IMG/VR virus record: IMGVR_UViG_3300042367_000228
Location: 124,001 to 188,000 of that record
Strand: one strand, 5' to 3'
Length of the DNA: 64,000 nucleotides
Below, piece after piece: positions 1-9,964 of the stretch; position 1 is the stretch's first letter, and each line of letters begins with the position of its first letter. The translations under genes and the position numbers were made by a program. A model generated the notes under the pieces. That model had not been told where the DNA came from. It saw nothing but the letters and a program-made list of their open reading frames with translations, and searched no databases.

Positions 1-3000
1 TGGTTATTTAGCGAGCACTTAACACCGCCTGCACCGGTTAGTAATAATCGTACATTTGGAGCAGCAGTAGTAGCTACTCCAACTGGTGTTATTGTCGGTG
101 CTCCTGGGTCTGATAATCAACTAGGAGTGGTATATGAATTTGTAAAACCGATTGTATCGCAATACACTTGGAATATTAAGAATAAACATATAGCTAAACC
201 TGATATTACTAAAATTAAACAAGCATTTTTATATAATAAACGTACAAATAAGCTAGTAAAATATCTAGATATTGTCGATCCTATACAAGACAAGCATGTA
301 AATGTTGCCGAACGTGAAATTAAATATAAATTTTCTTATGATCCGGCAGTTTACACAACCGGTAATACGTTAGTAACTGTCGATGCAGGAGTTGCATGGA
401 CCACTGCGCAAGTCGGATCACTATGGTGGGACTTGCGTACTGCTAAATTTGTTGATAATTTTACCGATAATGTAATGTATAGAAATAGCATGTTAAGTAC
501 GTTAGCATACGGTGCATCAGTTGACATTTATGAATGGGTAGCAAGTAGATATAAACCGTCCGAGTGGGACAAAAGAGCCGACACTGATGCTGGATTGTCT
601 TTAAACATAAGTGGAAAATCGTTGTACGGCGATGATGTTTATTCGGAATTAAACCGATATGATACTATTAGCCAAACATTTTCGTCTATCTATTATTTTT
701 GGGTTAAAAATAAAGAAGTTGCATCTACTGGAAGAAGTATTTCAGCAGCAACAATTTCTAAATTAATTAGTAATCCAAAAGGCCAAGGATATGAATACTT
801 AGCATTAACTGGGTTAGATTCATTTAGTTTAGTTAATGTAAAATCGTTATTATCACATAATGATGTAGTGTTATCGGTTGAATATTGGACAGTTGATAAT
901 ATTAATCAAAATATTCATACTCAATGGAAACTTATTAGTAATGCATTAACTACGACCTTACCAGGTAGTGTGGAAGAAAAATGGTTTGATAGCTTGTGCG
1001 GTAAAGATATTAACAATCGAATAGTACCAGATCAGTTATTGCCTATGAAACTTCGATATGGTATAGAAAATAGACCTCGTCAAAGTATGTTTGTTAATAG
1101 ATTTGAAGCATTAAAGCAATTAATTGAACAAACAAATATTATTTTAAAATCAAATTTAATTACTGATACACGTAATCTAACAAATTTAAAGAAATACGAT
1201 ATTGCACCAAGTGAAGTAACTCGATTATACGATACTACTGTTGATACGTATGAGGAATTAAGATTTTCAATTACCAAATATTATTCGTTACCGATATTAA
1301 CTCCAATAATCGTTAATGGTAACATTTCGTCTGTTGTCATTAATGATGCAGGGCGAGGATATTTGATTGCTCCGACCGTTATCATTTACGGTAACGGGTC
1401 TAATGCATCTATAAAAACAGTTATTAATGAAATTGGCCAAATTGTTAGTATTATTATTGAAAATAGCGGTTTTGGTTATGATGACAATACTGTCTTAAGT
1501 GTTAGAACGTTTTCGACGTTAGTTTTAAGTGATTCAACATCTAATGGAAATTGGAGTATTTACTCTTATAACACTAGTAATAATTTATGGTTTAAGATAT
1601 TAACAGCATCTTATGATGTGAATAAATATTGGAATTATGTAGATTGGTATGAAACAGGATATAATCAATTTACTATTATTCAACATTCGGTTAATACTTA
1701 CGCTGATTTATACCAACTCGATGCATCGATTGGTGATAATGTAAAAATTCGAATTACTAATTCGGGTAGATGGGTTTTATTAAAAAAATATCAAGAATCA
1801 ACATCGATCGATTGGACAGAATCATACAAGGTAATCGGTAGTGAAAACGGAACAATACAATTTAGTTCGTTATTGTATAATTTTAAAGATACTGTAATAG
1901 GGTATGATGGTGCAATTTACGATTCGATAGTATACGATAATTATGCAGATGTAGAGTTACGAATTATTTTAAATGCTATTAAAACTGATTTATTAATAGG
2001 GATCGATTTAAAACCTAAATATCTAGATTTATTTTTTACAAGTGTCCGATATGCATTAAGTGAGCAAACGTATATTGATTGGATATTTAAGACTAGTTTT
2101 GTTAACGTAACACACAATGTTGGTAATTTACACCAATCTGCTACTTATAAAAATGATAATTTATCTAATTTTGAAGATTACGTATCAGAAGTAAAACCGT
2201 ATCGCACACAGGTTCGAGAATACACAAGTGTCTATGATGTTCTTGAAAATAGTAATTTTAGTGTTAGTGACTTTGATTTACCAGCTGCATACGATTCAAC
2301 AGCAAAAAAGATTGATGTTGTTGATGTTAATAGTCCATTAATTAATACGTATCCTTGGAAAAATTGGGTTGATAATGTAGGATATTCTGTAATTGATATA
2401 AAGATTATTAATGGTGGTTCAGAATACGTTACTGAACCGGTAGTAACAATAGTGTCGGACACAGGCGAAGGTGCAACTGCAAGAGCATTTATTGTTAATA
2501 ATCAAATTTCTAGAATTAAGTTATTAACTACCGGATTAAAGTACACAACGACACCGATTGTTAAAATTGAAGGTGGAAATAGAAGTACAGGAACTACTGC
2601 ACAAGCTATTGCAATTTTAGGTAATAGTTTAATAAGAACAAGTAACATTAAATTAAAATTTGATCGAATTTATCAAGATTATGTCATTGATGATTTGCAA
2701 CAAATAGATACAATTAACAGCAGTATAGTAACAGGAAATAAAGTGCAATTTGTTCTTACCTGGTTACCTGATGTAACAATTGGAAGAACTACAGTAACTA
2801 TTAACGGGTTGCCTGAATTAAGAAACAACTACACAATAGGATCAGTAACATCTATTGTTAATGGGCATACGGTTCACACAGGAGTTGTTACATTTAAGAC
2901 CGCACCGGCAAAAAGTAGTATAATTGTTGTGACCTATTATAAAAATATTGAAGTGTTAACTGCAACTGATAGAATACATTACTATTATAATCCAACTTCG

Positions 3001-4542
3001 GGAAATATAGGTAAAGATTTACCGCAGTTAATGTCGGGCATTGATTATGGCGGTGTAGTTGTAGGCGGTCTTAATTTTGATATAGTACATGGTTGGGATA
3101 GTATGCCGTATTATTCAGAACGATGGGATAATATTGATCCTGCTGACAACGATTACACAGTAGTAGTTGGGAGTTCGTTTTCGTATTCTATTGCATTACC
3201 GTATGTTCCGGAAATCGGAACACGGTTTAACGTGTATTATAAAAAAGTAGATACTACTGATACGGTTAGAGTTGATGCATCTGATTATAGTTTTGGGGTA
3301 GTAAACACTAATGTTGATGTAGTAATGTTAACTCCAGTAACAACGGGTGAATCTAACATTATTGAGTTACCTGGATCACTTAACGTGTCAGCTGGTGATA
3401 CTATTATTATTCGCAAAGAAACTAGCGACGGATCAGTTGTTAATGATTATGATACGTTATTATCGGGTGGTAATTTTGCAATGGGATCAGCAGCAGGGAT
3501 AACACCGGAAGATATAGTCGTCGACGGTGATGAATTTTATTCAACTGTTAACGGATACGGACCTGAAGAAGTTGTACCTGGTCAAGTAGTTGATACTCTT
3601 GCTATCAAGGTTTACACTAAATTAGAAACCGGTGCATTTATGCAGTTTAAAGACATGTTAAATACGGTAAAATATACTAGATTAGAAAGAGATAAAAAAA
3701 CTAAATTAGCTAAAGATTTACTACAAGGAGATACTACTATTACGTTAGTTGATTCAACTAATTTTGAGAATCCAAATCAACTAGTAAACAGACCGGGAGT
3801 TATTGACATTAATGGCGAAAGAATTGAATTTTTTACAAATGAAAACAATACTTTAGGTGGGTTACGTAGGGGAACAATGGGAACAGGTGTTGCGAGTATT
3901 CATAAAGCTAATTCAGTAGTTCAGGAAATTGGATCAGCTGAATCTATTTCATATACCGATACAGTAAAAATTGATCAATTTACAATAACTGATGCTAATA
4001 TTACAATATTATCGGACGGAACAGCGGCAACAGTAATCGAATTATCATATATTCCTAAAAAATCATCTGCTAGTTGGGTAATTGATTCGGTATATGGCCA
4101 AACTGATGAAATTGAAGTGTTTGTTGGTGGTTATAAATCGGATGAAATGTGGGAATCAAATGTTAGTTATTTGGTAAATGATATTGTTAATGTAGGTGTG
4201 TATGCATATCGATGTATAGTTGCGCATACTAGTAGTGTTAATTTTAAAAATGATCGCAATAAATGGATTTATTTTATAGGAAATATACGATTGAAAAAAG
4301 CACCATATACTGTTCATAATATAAATTTAAGTACATTAAGTTCGACAGGCGATATTCAATTTAATGCTGATTTTGCTGTTACAGGAGCATCAAGACGAGT
4401 ATTAATAACTTGCCCAATAACTCCTGGAACATTAGTTAGTGTTATTAGAAAAACCGGAGTATATTGGCAAACAGGGTCTGAAGAAATAACTGCGTTCATA
4501 AATGCAGTGCCATCTGCAGAATACGAACCGCCAACTATTTAA
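1..4542 (+). CDS. Large baseplate wedge / virion structural protein, 5'-truncated by the window edge
   Basis: Frame is open from base 1 (WLFSEHL...FGAAVVAT..GVIVGAPG, FG-GAP-like), so the ORF-track start at 127 is internal. Contains repeated 'G.GY...P.V.I' beta modules typical of T4-like baseplate proteins and heads the structural operon. Confidence 0.7.
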   Translation, partial: WLFSEHLTPPAPVSNNRTFGAAVVATPTGVIVGAPGSDNQLGVVYEFVKPIVSQYTWNIKNKHIAKPDITKIKQAFLYNKRTNKLVKYLDIVDPIQDKHVNVAEREIKYKFSYDPAVYTTGNTLVTVDAGVAWTTAQVGSLWWDLRTAKFVDNFTDNVMYRNSMLSTLAYGASVDIYEWVASRYKPSEWDKRADTDAGLSLNISGKSLYGDDVYSELNRYDTISQTFSSIYYFWVKNKEVASTGRSISAATISKLISNPKGQGYEYLALTGLDSFSLVNVKSLLSHNDVVLSVEYWTVDNINQNIHTQWKLISNALTTTLPGSVEEKWFDSLCGKDINNRIVPDQLLPMKLRYGIENRPRQSMFVNRFEALKQLIEQTNIILKSNLITDTRNLTNLKKYDIAPSEVTRLYDTTVDTYEELRFSITKYYSLPILTPIIVNGNISSVVINDAGRGYLIAPTVIIYGNGSNASIKTVINEIGQIVSIIIENSGFGYDDNTVLSVRTFSTLVLSDSTSNGNWSIYSYNTSNNLWFKILTASYDVNKYWNYVDWYETGYNQFTIIQHSVNTYADLYQLDASIGDNVKIRITNSGRWVLLKKYQESTSIDWTESYKVIGSENGTIQFSSLLYNFKDTVIGYDGAIYDSIVYDNYADVELRIILNAIKTDLLIGIDLKPKYLDLFFTSVRYALSEQTYIDWIFKTSFVNVTHNVGNLHQSATYKNDNLSNFEDYVSEVKPYRTQVREYTSVYDVLENSNFSVSDFDLPAAYDSTAKKIDVVDVNSPLINTYPWKNWVDNVGYSVIDIKIINGGSEYVTEPVVTIVSDTGEGATARAFIVNNQISRIKLLTTGLKYTTTPIVKIEGGNRSTGTTAQAIAILGNSLIRTSNIKLKFDRIYQDYVIDDLQQIDTINSSIVTGNKVQFVLTWLPDVTIGRTTVTINGLPELRNNYTIGSVTSIVNGHTVHTGVVTFKTAPAKSSIIVVTYYKNIEVLTATDRIHYYYNPTSGNIGKDLPQLMSGIDYGGVVVGGLNFDIVHGWDSMPYYSERWDNIDPADNDYTVVVGSSFSYSIALPYVPEIGTRFNVYYKKVDTTDTVRVDASDYSFGVVNTNVDVVMLTPVTTGESNIIELPGSLNVSAGDTIIIRKETSDGSVVNDYDTLLSGGNFAMGSAAGITPEDIVVDGDEFYSTVNGYGPEEVVPGQVVDTLAIKVYTKLETGAFMQFKDMLNTVKYTRLERDKKTKLAKDLLQGDTTITLVDSTNFENPNQLVNRPGVIDINGERIEFFTNENNTLGGLRRGTMGTGVASIHKANSVVQEIGSAESISYTDTVKIDQFTITDANITILSDGTAATVIELSYIPKKSSASWVIDSVYGQTDEIEVFVGGYKSDEMWESNVSYLVNDIVNVGVYAYRCIVAHTSSVNFKNDRNKWIYFIGNIRLKKAPYTVHNINLSTLSSTGDIQFNADFAVTGASRRVLITCPITPGTLVSVIRKTGVYWQTGSEEITAFINAVPSAEYEPPTI

Positions 4543-4562
4543 CTTAGCACTTAATAATTGTG

Positions 4563-4569
4563 ATAAATA
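4563..4569 (+). promoter_or_regulatory. T4-like late promoter core (ATAAATA)
   Basis: TAAATA lies ~20 nt upstream of the 4590 start. The same motif recurs at 8197-8203 (+), 34219-34226 (+, TATAAATA), 24690-24696, 47340-47345, 50393-50400 and 58253-58259 (-), each just upstream of a start codon. Confidence 0.55.
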
Positions 4570-4589
4570 TAGAATAACGAGAGAATACT

Positions 4590-5201
4590 ATGCAGACTAT
4601 AGATTTAACAGGGATACATATCGAAGGGCATCTTAAGATTTTTGATCCTACTAATGACGAAGTTTTCGTCAATAAACGCAATGCAATACATTATGAAAAT
4701 ATGAGTATTGCATTAGCAAGAAGCATTGCAGATAGGGGGCAAGGCTTTATATATGAGATGAGTTTTGGAAACGGCGGTACTTCAATTAACGATACTGGCA
4801 TTATTACGTATTCGACCCCTAATAGTTCAGGATCAAATGCTAGTTTGTATAATCAGACATTTACTAAAATAATCGATGATCAACAAAAAACTAATTTAGA
4901 TCCAACACGAAATTATATTGAAACACGACACGAAACAGGTAAACACTATACAGATGTTTTCATTACGTGTTTGTTAGATTACACAGAACCTGCCGGACAA
5001 GGGGCATATGATAATACAACTGATGTATCAAATGCATTTATTTTTGACGAATTAGGTTTAAAAGCTTATAGTTTAGATGGGAATAATTTGTTATTAACAC
5101 ACGTTATCTTTCATCCAATACAAAAGTCATTAAATCGGTTGATTCAAATTGACTACACCGTGCGCATACAAAGTTTAACTAGTGTAGTAGGAGTTCAATA
5201 A
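4590..5201 (+). CDS. Virion structural (baseplate/tail) protein
   Basis: 203 aa with IEGHLKIFD..KRNAIHYENMS and FDELGL..THVIFHPIQKSLNR motifs; lies between baseplate genes. Confidence 0.6.
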   Translation: MQTIDLTGIHIEGHLKIFDPTNDEVFVNKRNAIHYENMSIALARSIADRGQGFIYEMSFGNGGTSINDTGIITYSTPNSSGSNASLYNQTFTKIIDDQQKTNLDPTRNYIETRHETGKHYTDVFITCLLDYTEPAGQGAYDNTTDVSNAFIFDELGLKAYSLDGNNLLLTHVIFHPIQKSLNRLIQIDYTVRIQSLTSVVGVQ

Positions 5202-7285
5202 TGTCTTATGATGTATATTTTACAAATATTTTAAAAAACAATAAAATAACTGTAGAAGATCAAGTTATTAATAATTCTACGTCTCTTAGTTTTGTTGGAA
5301 AGAATTATATGGGATATGGAAAAGTATTAGCAGAAAACTTTTTACATTTATTAGAAAATTTTGCCAGTGAAACATCACCTTTAAATCCTGTTGAAGGGCA
5401 GTTATGGTATGATACTACTACTAAGAATCAGTTACTTAAAGTTTATGACGGTTCTAATTGGAATCCTGCAGGTTCGGTAAAGAAATCAGTTAGTGCGCCA
5501 TCGGTAGATAAAAGTATAAGTGGTGATTTATGGGTTAATTTAAGTACTAATCAATTATATATGTATTCAGGAACTACGTGGGATTTAATAGGACCTCAAT
5601 ATAGTACGGGTTTAAAATCAGGACCAGTTGTTGAAGTTATCGATGATATTCTTGATGAGTCCTATGCAGTTATGGTAGTGTATTCAAACAACGATATAAT
5701 TGCAATTTTTAGTTCAACAACATTTACACCAAAAAATATTATTAGCGGTTTTGATATAATTAAAAAAGGTATTAACTTATCAACAAGTGCAGCAACCGCT
5801 GATGTAAATAAATTATGGGGAACTGCTGAAAGTGCAGATGGATTGATTATCAATAATGAATTTGTAGGATCATCTAATTTTTTAAGAGCTGATGCAACTT
5901 CGATTACTAACAAGTCGTTAAGTGTTCAAACAGTTGACGGTATTAGTGTCGGTAGTGGATTAGAGTTTAAAATTAGTACTGATGATACTGCTAAGTTAAT
6001 AAATCTTACTGCTAAAAATAATAGAAGTTTTAAATTTGAATTTATTGATTCAAACACTAAGGCATCGACTACTGGTTTGTTTATTGATAACACACTTAAG
6101 ATAGGAATAGGAACAAATTTACCGTTGGCATCACTAGATGTAAATGGTAGTACTATCATTCGTAATTCATTAACTGTTGGTGTATCGGGAACACCTGGTA
6201 GTATTACGGCAACTAGCAAATTCACAGTAGGAACAGGCGTATTGTGGAGTACATTAGTAGCAGATGTAATAACAGTTCCACCAGCAGTTGCAACACAACC
6301 GACTGCACAAATAGGCGGGAAATCTGTATTTTCTGATACTATCGGTGTGTATAAAGAATTAGGTGGTCCGATACTTATACCAAAATATACAGCGGATCAA
6401 TTAGCACACAATCAGAATGAGCCGCAATATGATATTGGATCAGAAGAAAGACCGTTTAGAGATGTATATGCAACTACATTTCATGGTATTTTTTCAGGTA
6501 CGCTTCAAGGAAGTATTACCGGTAGTATAAACGGGAGTGCTACAACATTAAAAACAGCAAGATCTTTTAAATTAGACGGTGATATTACAAGTGAACCTAT
6601 ATCGTTTGACGGATCTTCAGCTGTAACACTTGCAGCAGTTGTGAGTCCAAATATCATATCAAAAAGAACTGCAGCAACAAGCACGTTAGACACTGATTTA
6701 ATTTTAACATATAATCCAAATCGCGGACTGTTAAAGACAAGTAAAAGTTTGTTCTTATCTACAGTTCCTGCAGTGCCAGTTGGTGCAATTCTTCCATATG
6801 CGGGTGTTAATCCGCCAACTGGTTATTTGTTTTGCGATGGCAGCGAATTACCAATTGCAAGTTATACTAAGTTGTACGAAGTACTTGGATTTTCTTATAG
6901 AAGCCAAGCAGCATTAGTTGGTGATAAAACGTTTGCTCTTCCGGATTTAAGAGGCCGGTTCCCGTTAGGTAAGGATAATATGGATAACAATTTAACAGTT
7001 GTAAGTAAAACATCAACTACAACACCTATTATAGTTAATGCCGGTGGAAATCGAAATAGTTCAGTTGCTGGCAGTATCAGTAGTGATCCTGCAAAACGAG
7101 TAAACCATGAATCTAGTAAAACACTTGGATCAAGTTCTGGCAATGAAGCATTAGGTCCAATTGCGGTTAACGGTGTATCAGGCACAGTTTCATCGACATT
7201 GCCTACAGGCACATCTAATGCAAGTTCGGTTATGAATCCATACCAAACAATCAATTATATTATTTTTACTGGTATATTACAATGA
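5201..7285 (+). CDS. Baseplate/short tail fibre protein with C-terminal tail-collar domain
   Basis: N-terminal GKNY.GYG..ENF..LLENFA..GQLWYD domain; collar motif PVGAILPYAG..PTGYLFCDG...LPDLRGRFPLG. Confidence 0.75.
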   Translation: MSYDVYFTNILKNNKITVEDQVINNSTSLSFVGKNYMGYGKVLAENFLHLLENFASETSPLNPVEGQLWYDTTTKNQLLKVYDGSNWNPAGSVKKSVSAPSVDKSISGDLWVNLSTNQLYMYSGTTWDLIGPQYSTGLKSGPVVEVIDDILDESYAVMVVYSNNDIIAIFSSTTFTPKNIISGFDIIKKGINLSTSAATADVNKLWGTAESADGLIINNEFVGSSNFLRADATSITNKSLSVQTVDGISVGSGLEFKISTDDTAKLINLTAKNNRSFKFEFIDSNTKASTTGLFIDNTLKIGIGTNLPLASLDVNGSTIIRNSLTVGVSGTPGSITATSKFTVGTGVLWSTLVADVITVPPAVATQPTAQIGGKSVFSDTIGVYKELGGPILIPKYTADQLAHNQNEPQYDIGSEERPFRDVYATTFHGIFSGTLQGSITGSINGSATTLKTARSFKLDGDITSEPISFDGSSAVTLAAVVSPNIISKRTAATSTLDTDLILTYNPNRGLLKTSKSLFLSTVPAVPVGAILPYAGVNPPTGYLFCDGSELPIASYTKLYEVLGFSYRSQAALVGDKTFALPDLRGRFPLGKDNMDNNLTVVSKTSTTTPIIVNAGGNRNSSVAGSISSDPAKRVNHESSKTLGSSSGNEALGPIAVNGVSGTVSSTLPTGTSNASSVMNPYQTINYIIFTGILQ

Positions 7286-8187
7286 GCTATACAATAAACA
7301 AAACAGACGGTACAGTATTAACTACAATAATCGATGGCACTATCGATCAAGTTAGAACTGATTTAACCTTAATTGGTAAAAGTGCAAGTGCATATGGCGA
7401 GTATATAAATGAAAATTTAGTTCATCTTTTAGAAAACTTTGCAAATACTTCTCAACCAAGTAATCCAATATCAGGGCAGCTATGGTATGATACATTAGAA
7501 GGAAGATTAAAGGTATACGACGAGTATGCTGGATTTAAGTTAACGAGCGGGACTATTGTATCGAAAATTATTCCGTCGTCGATTGCACAAGGAGATATTT
7601 GGATAGATACTGCTCGTCAGCAATTATATTTTAATGACGGAGTTTCGACTATATTAGCTGGACCATTAGATCCAGCTATAACTGGATTTAAGATAGTACA
7701 AGTTTCAGATACTGCAGGCACGTCTCATAATGTATTAGTATTAACTGTTGGGTTAACACCGTTGGCAATTTTTAGTACGGTTGAGTTTAAACCCGATTCG
7801 GAAGGATTATTATATACTGCATCTGATACTATCAAAGTTGGTTTAAACTTTTTTAATTCGTCTTTTATTAGAAATGTTTCTGATCCAATCGATCTTACAG
7901 ATGCAGTAAACAAAAATACACTCCAAAAAACGTTAAAATTAGCAACGTTATCACTTACTGTTGATATTGCTGTTTCTGGTATTACCGGAAGTGATACTGA
8001 AAAACACACTGTAATTATAGATCAGTTTATTAATAAAATTTATCCTGCAAGCAGTTACACTGTTCTAAATGTTGAAGGCCCTATATGTAGAGTCATTTGT
8101 AATGATAATACATCATTAGATAAACCAGTAACTATTAAAGAGTTTATACTAAGAGGCGGTGAATGGGAATACAACCGTGATTTATAA
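7282..8187 (+). CDS. Baseplate/tail fibre protein (paralogous N-terminal domain)
   Basis: Same YGE..NEN..HLLENFA..GQLWYDT domain as the flanking genes; ATGA overlap with the upstream gene. Confidence 0.65.
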   Translation: MSYTINKTDGTVLTTIIDGTIDQVRTDLTLIGKSASAYGEYINENLVHLLENFANTSQPSNPISGQLWYDTLEGRLKVYDEYAGFKLTSGTIVSKIIPSSIAQGDIWIDTARQQLYFNDGVSTILAGPLDPAITGFKIVQVSDTAGTSHNVLVLTVGLTPLAIFSTVEFKPDSEGLLYTASDTIKVGLNFFNSSFIRNVSDPIDLTDAVNKNTLQKTLKLATLSLTVDIAVSGITGSDTEKHTVIIDQFINKIYPASSYTVLNVEGPICRVICNDNTSLDKPVTIKEFILRGGEWEYNRDL

Positions 8188-8224
8188 TTAATACAAATAA
8201 ATATATTAAAATAAGGAATAAAAG

Positions 8225-9955
8225 ATGGCGTATATCATCAACAAATACAACGGTGATCAAGCAGCATTAGTAGAAGATGGAACTATTAATACTACTCTTG
8301 ATATTAAATTAATTGGTAAAAATTATGCCGGTTATGGCGAAGCTCAAAATGAAAATTACACATGGTTACTTGAAAACTTTGCAAGTCAAACCGCACCTCC
8401 AAAAGCAGTAGTTGGGCAATTGTGGTATCAAACAAGTACACAAAAACTAAAAGTTAATTACGGTACCGGCGTTTGGCATACAGTTGGTATAAATGATGTA
8501 GTGTCGTCTGTTTCGGATATAACAGGGTTAACACAAGGTGATTTATTTTGGGTATCTGACGAACAACAATTATGGTGTAAAGGTTCTACAGAGAATATTT
8601 TAATTGGCGGAAAACTAACAAACATTTCTACTCAAATGCGATCAACAACTGTATTGTCAAATACTAATCCTGCAGTACCGTATGAGATTATTGAAGCAGT
8701 TGTAAACGGAGTAACTACATACGTTATTAGTAGTGCAGCAGCAATGTTTACACTAGCAACGTCAGAACCATTAAGGTCTGAAGAATTTAGTAGCATTTAT
8801 CCAGGCATAACAGTTAGAGGATTTAGTGCAACAGGTAACTTATCAGATACTTATAAATATTGGGGTTCTGCATCTAATTCGGATAGACTAGGCGGAACAC
8901 TTGCATCAGGGTATGTTACAAAAAGCGGTGCAACATTTTCCGATCTTGCAAAGTTTGCAGAAACTGGATTCTCTTTAGGAACATCAGGCAGTGACATACT
9001 ATCAGTTACAACTCCTAGCAGTGTTCCTACTATCACTTCAACAGTTAATTCGATTGTATTTAAAACAAAAGTAAGTAATACTATAAAACAGCCTATGACG
9101 TTAGAAGGACAAGATATACTTCCTGGGACACCGTATGCTAGTTCAGCTGGATCAAATATAGGATCTTTAACTTCAAAGTTCTATCAAGTCTATGCAACTG
9201 AATTTAAAGGTAACTCAGATTCAGCCAGTGCGTTAACCTTAAGTAGTGTATCGTATGCGCCAGCAATTGATGCTTCTAGCGGTACTGCTGTACTAAGAGC
9301 CCCAACTGGTGGAACGTCTATTACTGTAAATGGTGTGTCGTATACGTTACTTGCAGGTGGTATTGCAGCAACCCAAGTTGTTGCACCTGATCTTAAAGGC
9401 AATGCATCGTCTGCAACAGGATTACTTATTAACACTGCTACTGTATTACCGTCAACAGCTGCTACTGCAAATACAGTTGTAGTAAGAACAGCAGTGGATG
9501 ATAATACTGTAACCGTAAATGATGGGTCATTAGTTACGTTGAAAGCTGGATCTATAAAAGTAGTTCAATTATATGCATCTAATGGAGTAGGCACATTGTT
9601 AGGCGACTTAGCAGAAAAATATCTAGCAGATGACGTATACGAAACTGGTACAGTAATAATGGTCGGCGGTGATAAAGAAATAACCGCAGCAATTTCTGGA
9701 AATCGCGCTCTAGGGGTAGTGTCAGAAAATCCAGCGTACTTAATGAACATTGGACTTAAAGACGGTACTGCAGTTGCGTTAAAAGGTCGAGTACCTGTAA
9801 AAGTAACGGGAACTGTTAAAAAAGGAGATAGATTAGTTGCTTCTGCTATTGCAGGCGTTGCAACTGCATTAACAAATTCTAATGAATCAGAGTTTGTATT
9901 TGCAATATCATTAACTAACGACAATAATAATACCGTTGAAGCAATTATAATTTAA
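8225..9955 (+). CDS. Tail fibre with C-terminal intramolecular-chaperone-like (peptidase G2-like) domain
   Basis: Shared N-terminal domain; C-terminal DLAEKY..GTVIMVGG.KEIT...ALKGRVPVKV.G.VKKGD.LV. Confidence 0.65.
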   Translation: MAYIINKYNGDQAALVEDGTINTTLDIKLIGKNYAGYGEAQNENYTWLLENFASQTAPPKAVVGQLWYQTSTQKLKVNYGTGVWHTVGINDVVSSVSDITGLTQGDLFWVSDEQQLWCKGSTENILIGGKLTNISTQMRSTTVLSNTNPAVPYEIIEAVVNGVTTYVISSAAAMFTLATSEPLRSEEFSSIYPGITVRGFSATGNLSDTYKYWGSASNSDRLGGTLASGYVTKSGATFSDLAKFAETGFSLGTSGSDILSVTTPSSVPTITSTVNSIVFKTKVSNTIKQPMTLEGQDILPGTPYASSAGSNIGSLTSKFYQVYATEFKGNSDSASALTLSSVSYAPAIDASSGTAVLRAPTGGTSITVNGVSYTLLAGGIAATQVVAPDLKGNASSATGLLINTATVLPSTAATANTVVVRTAVDDNTVTVNDGSLVTLKAGSIKVVQLYASNGVGTLLGDLAEKYLADDVYETGTVIMVGGDKEITAAISGNRALGVVSENPAYLMNIGLKDGTAVALKGRVPVKVTGTVKKGDRLVASAIAGVATALTNSNESEFVFAISLTNDNNNTVEAIII

Positions 9956-9964
9956 GGAACATTC

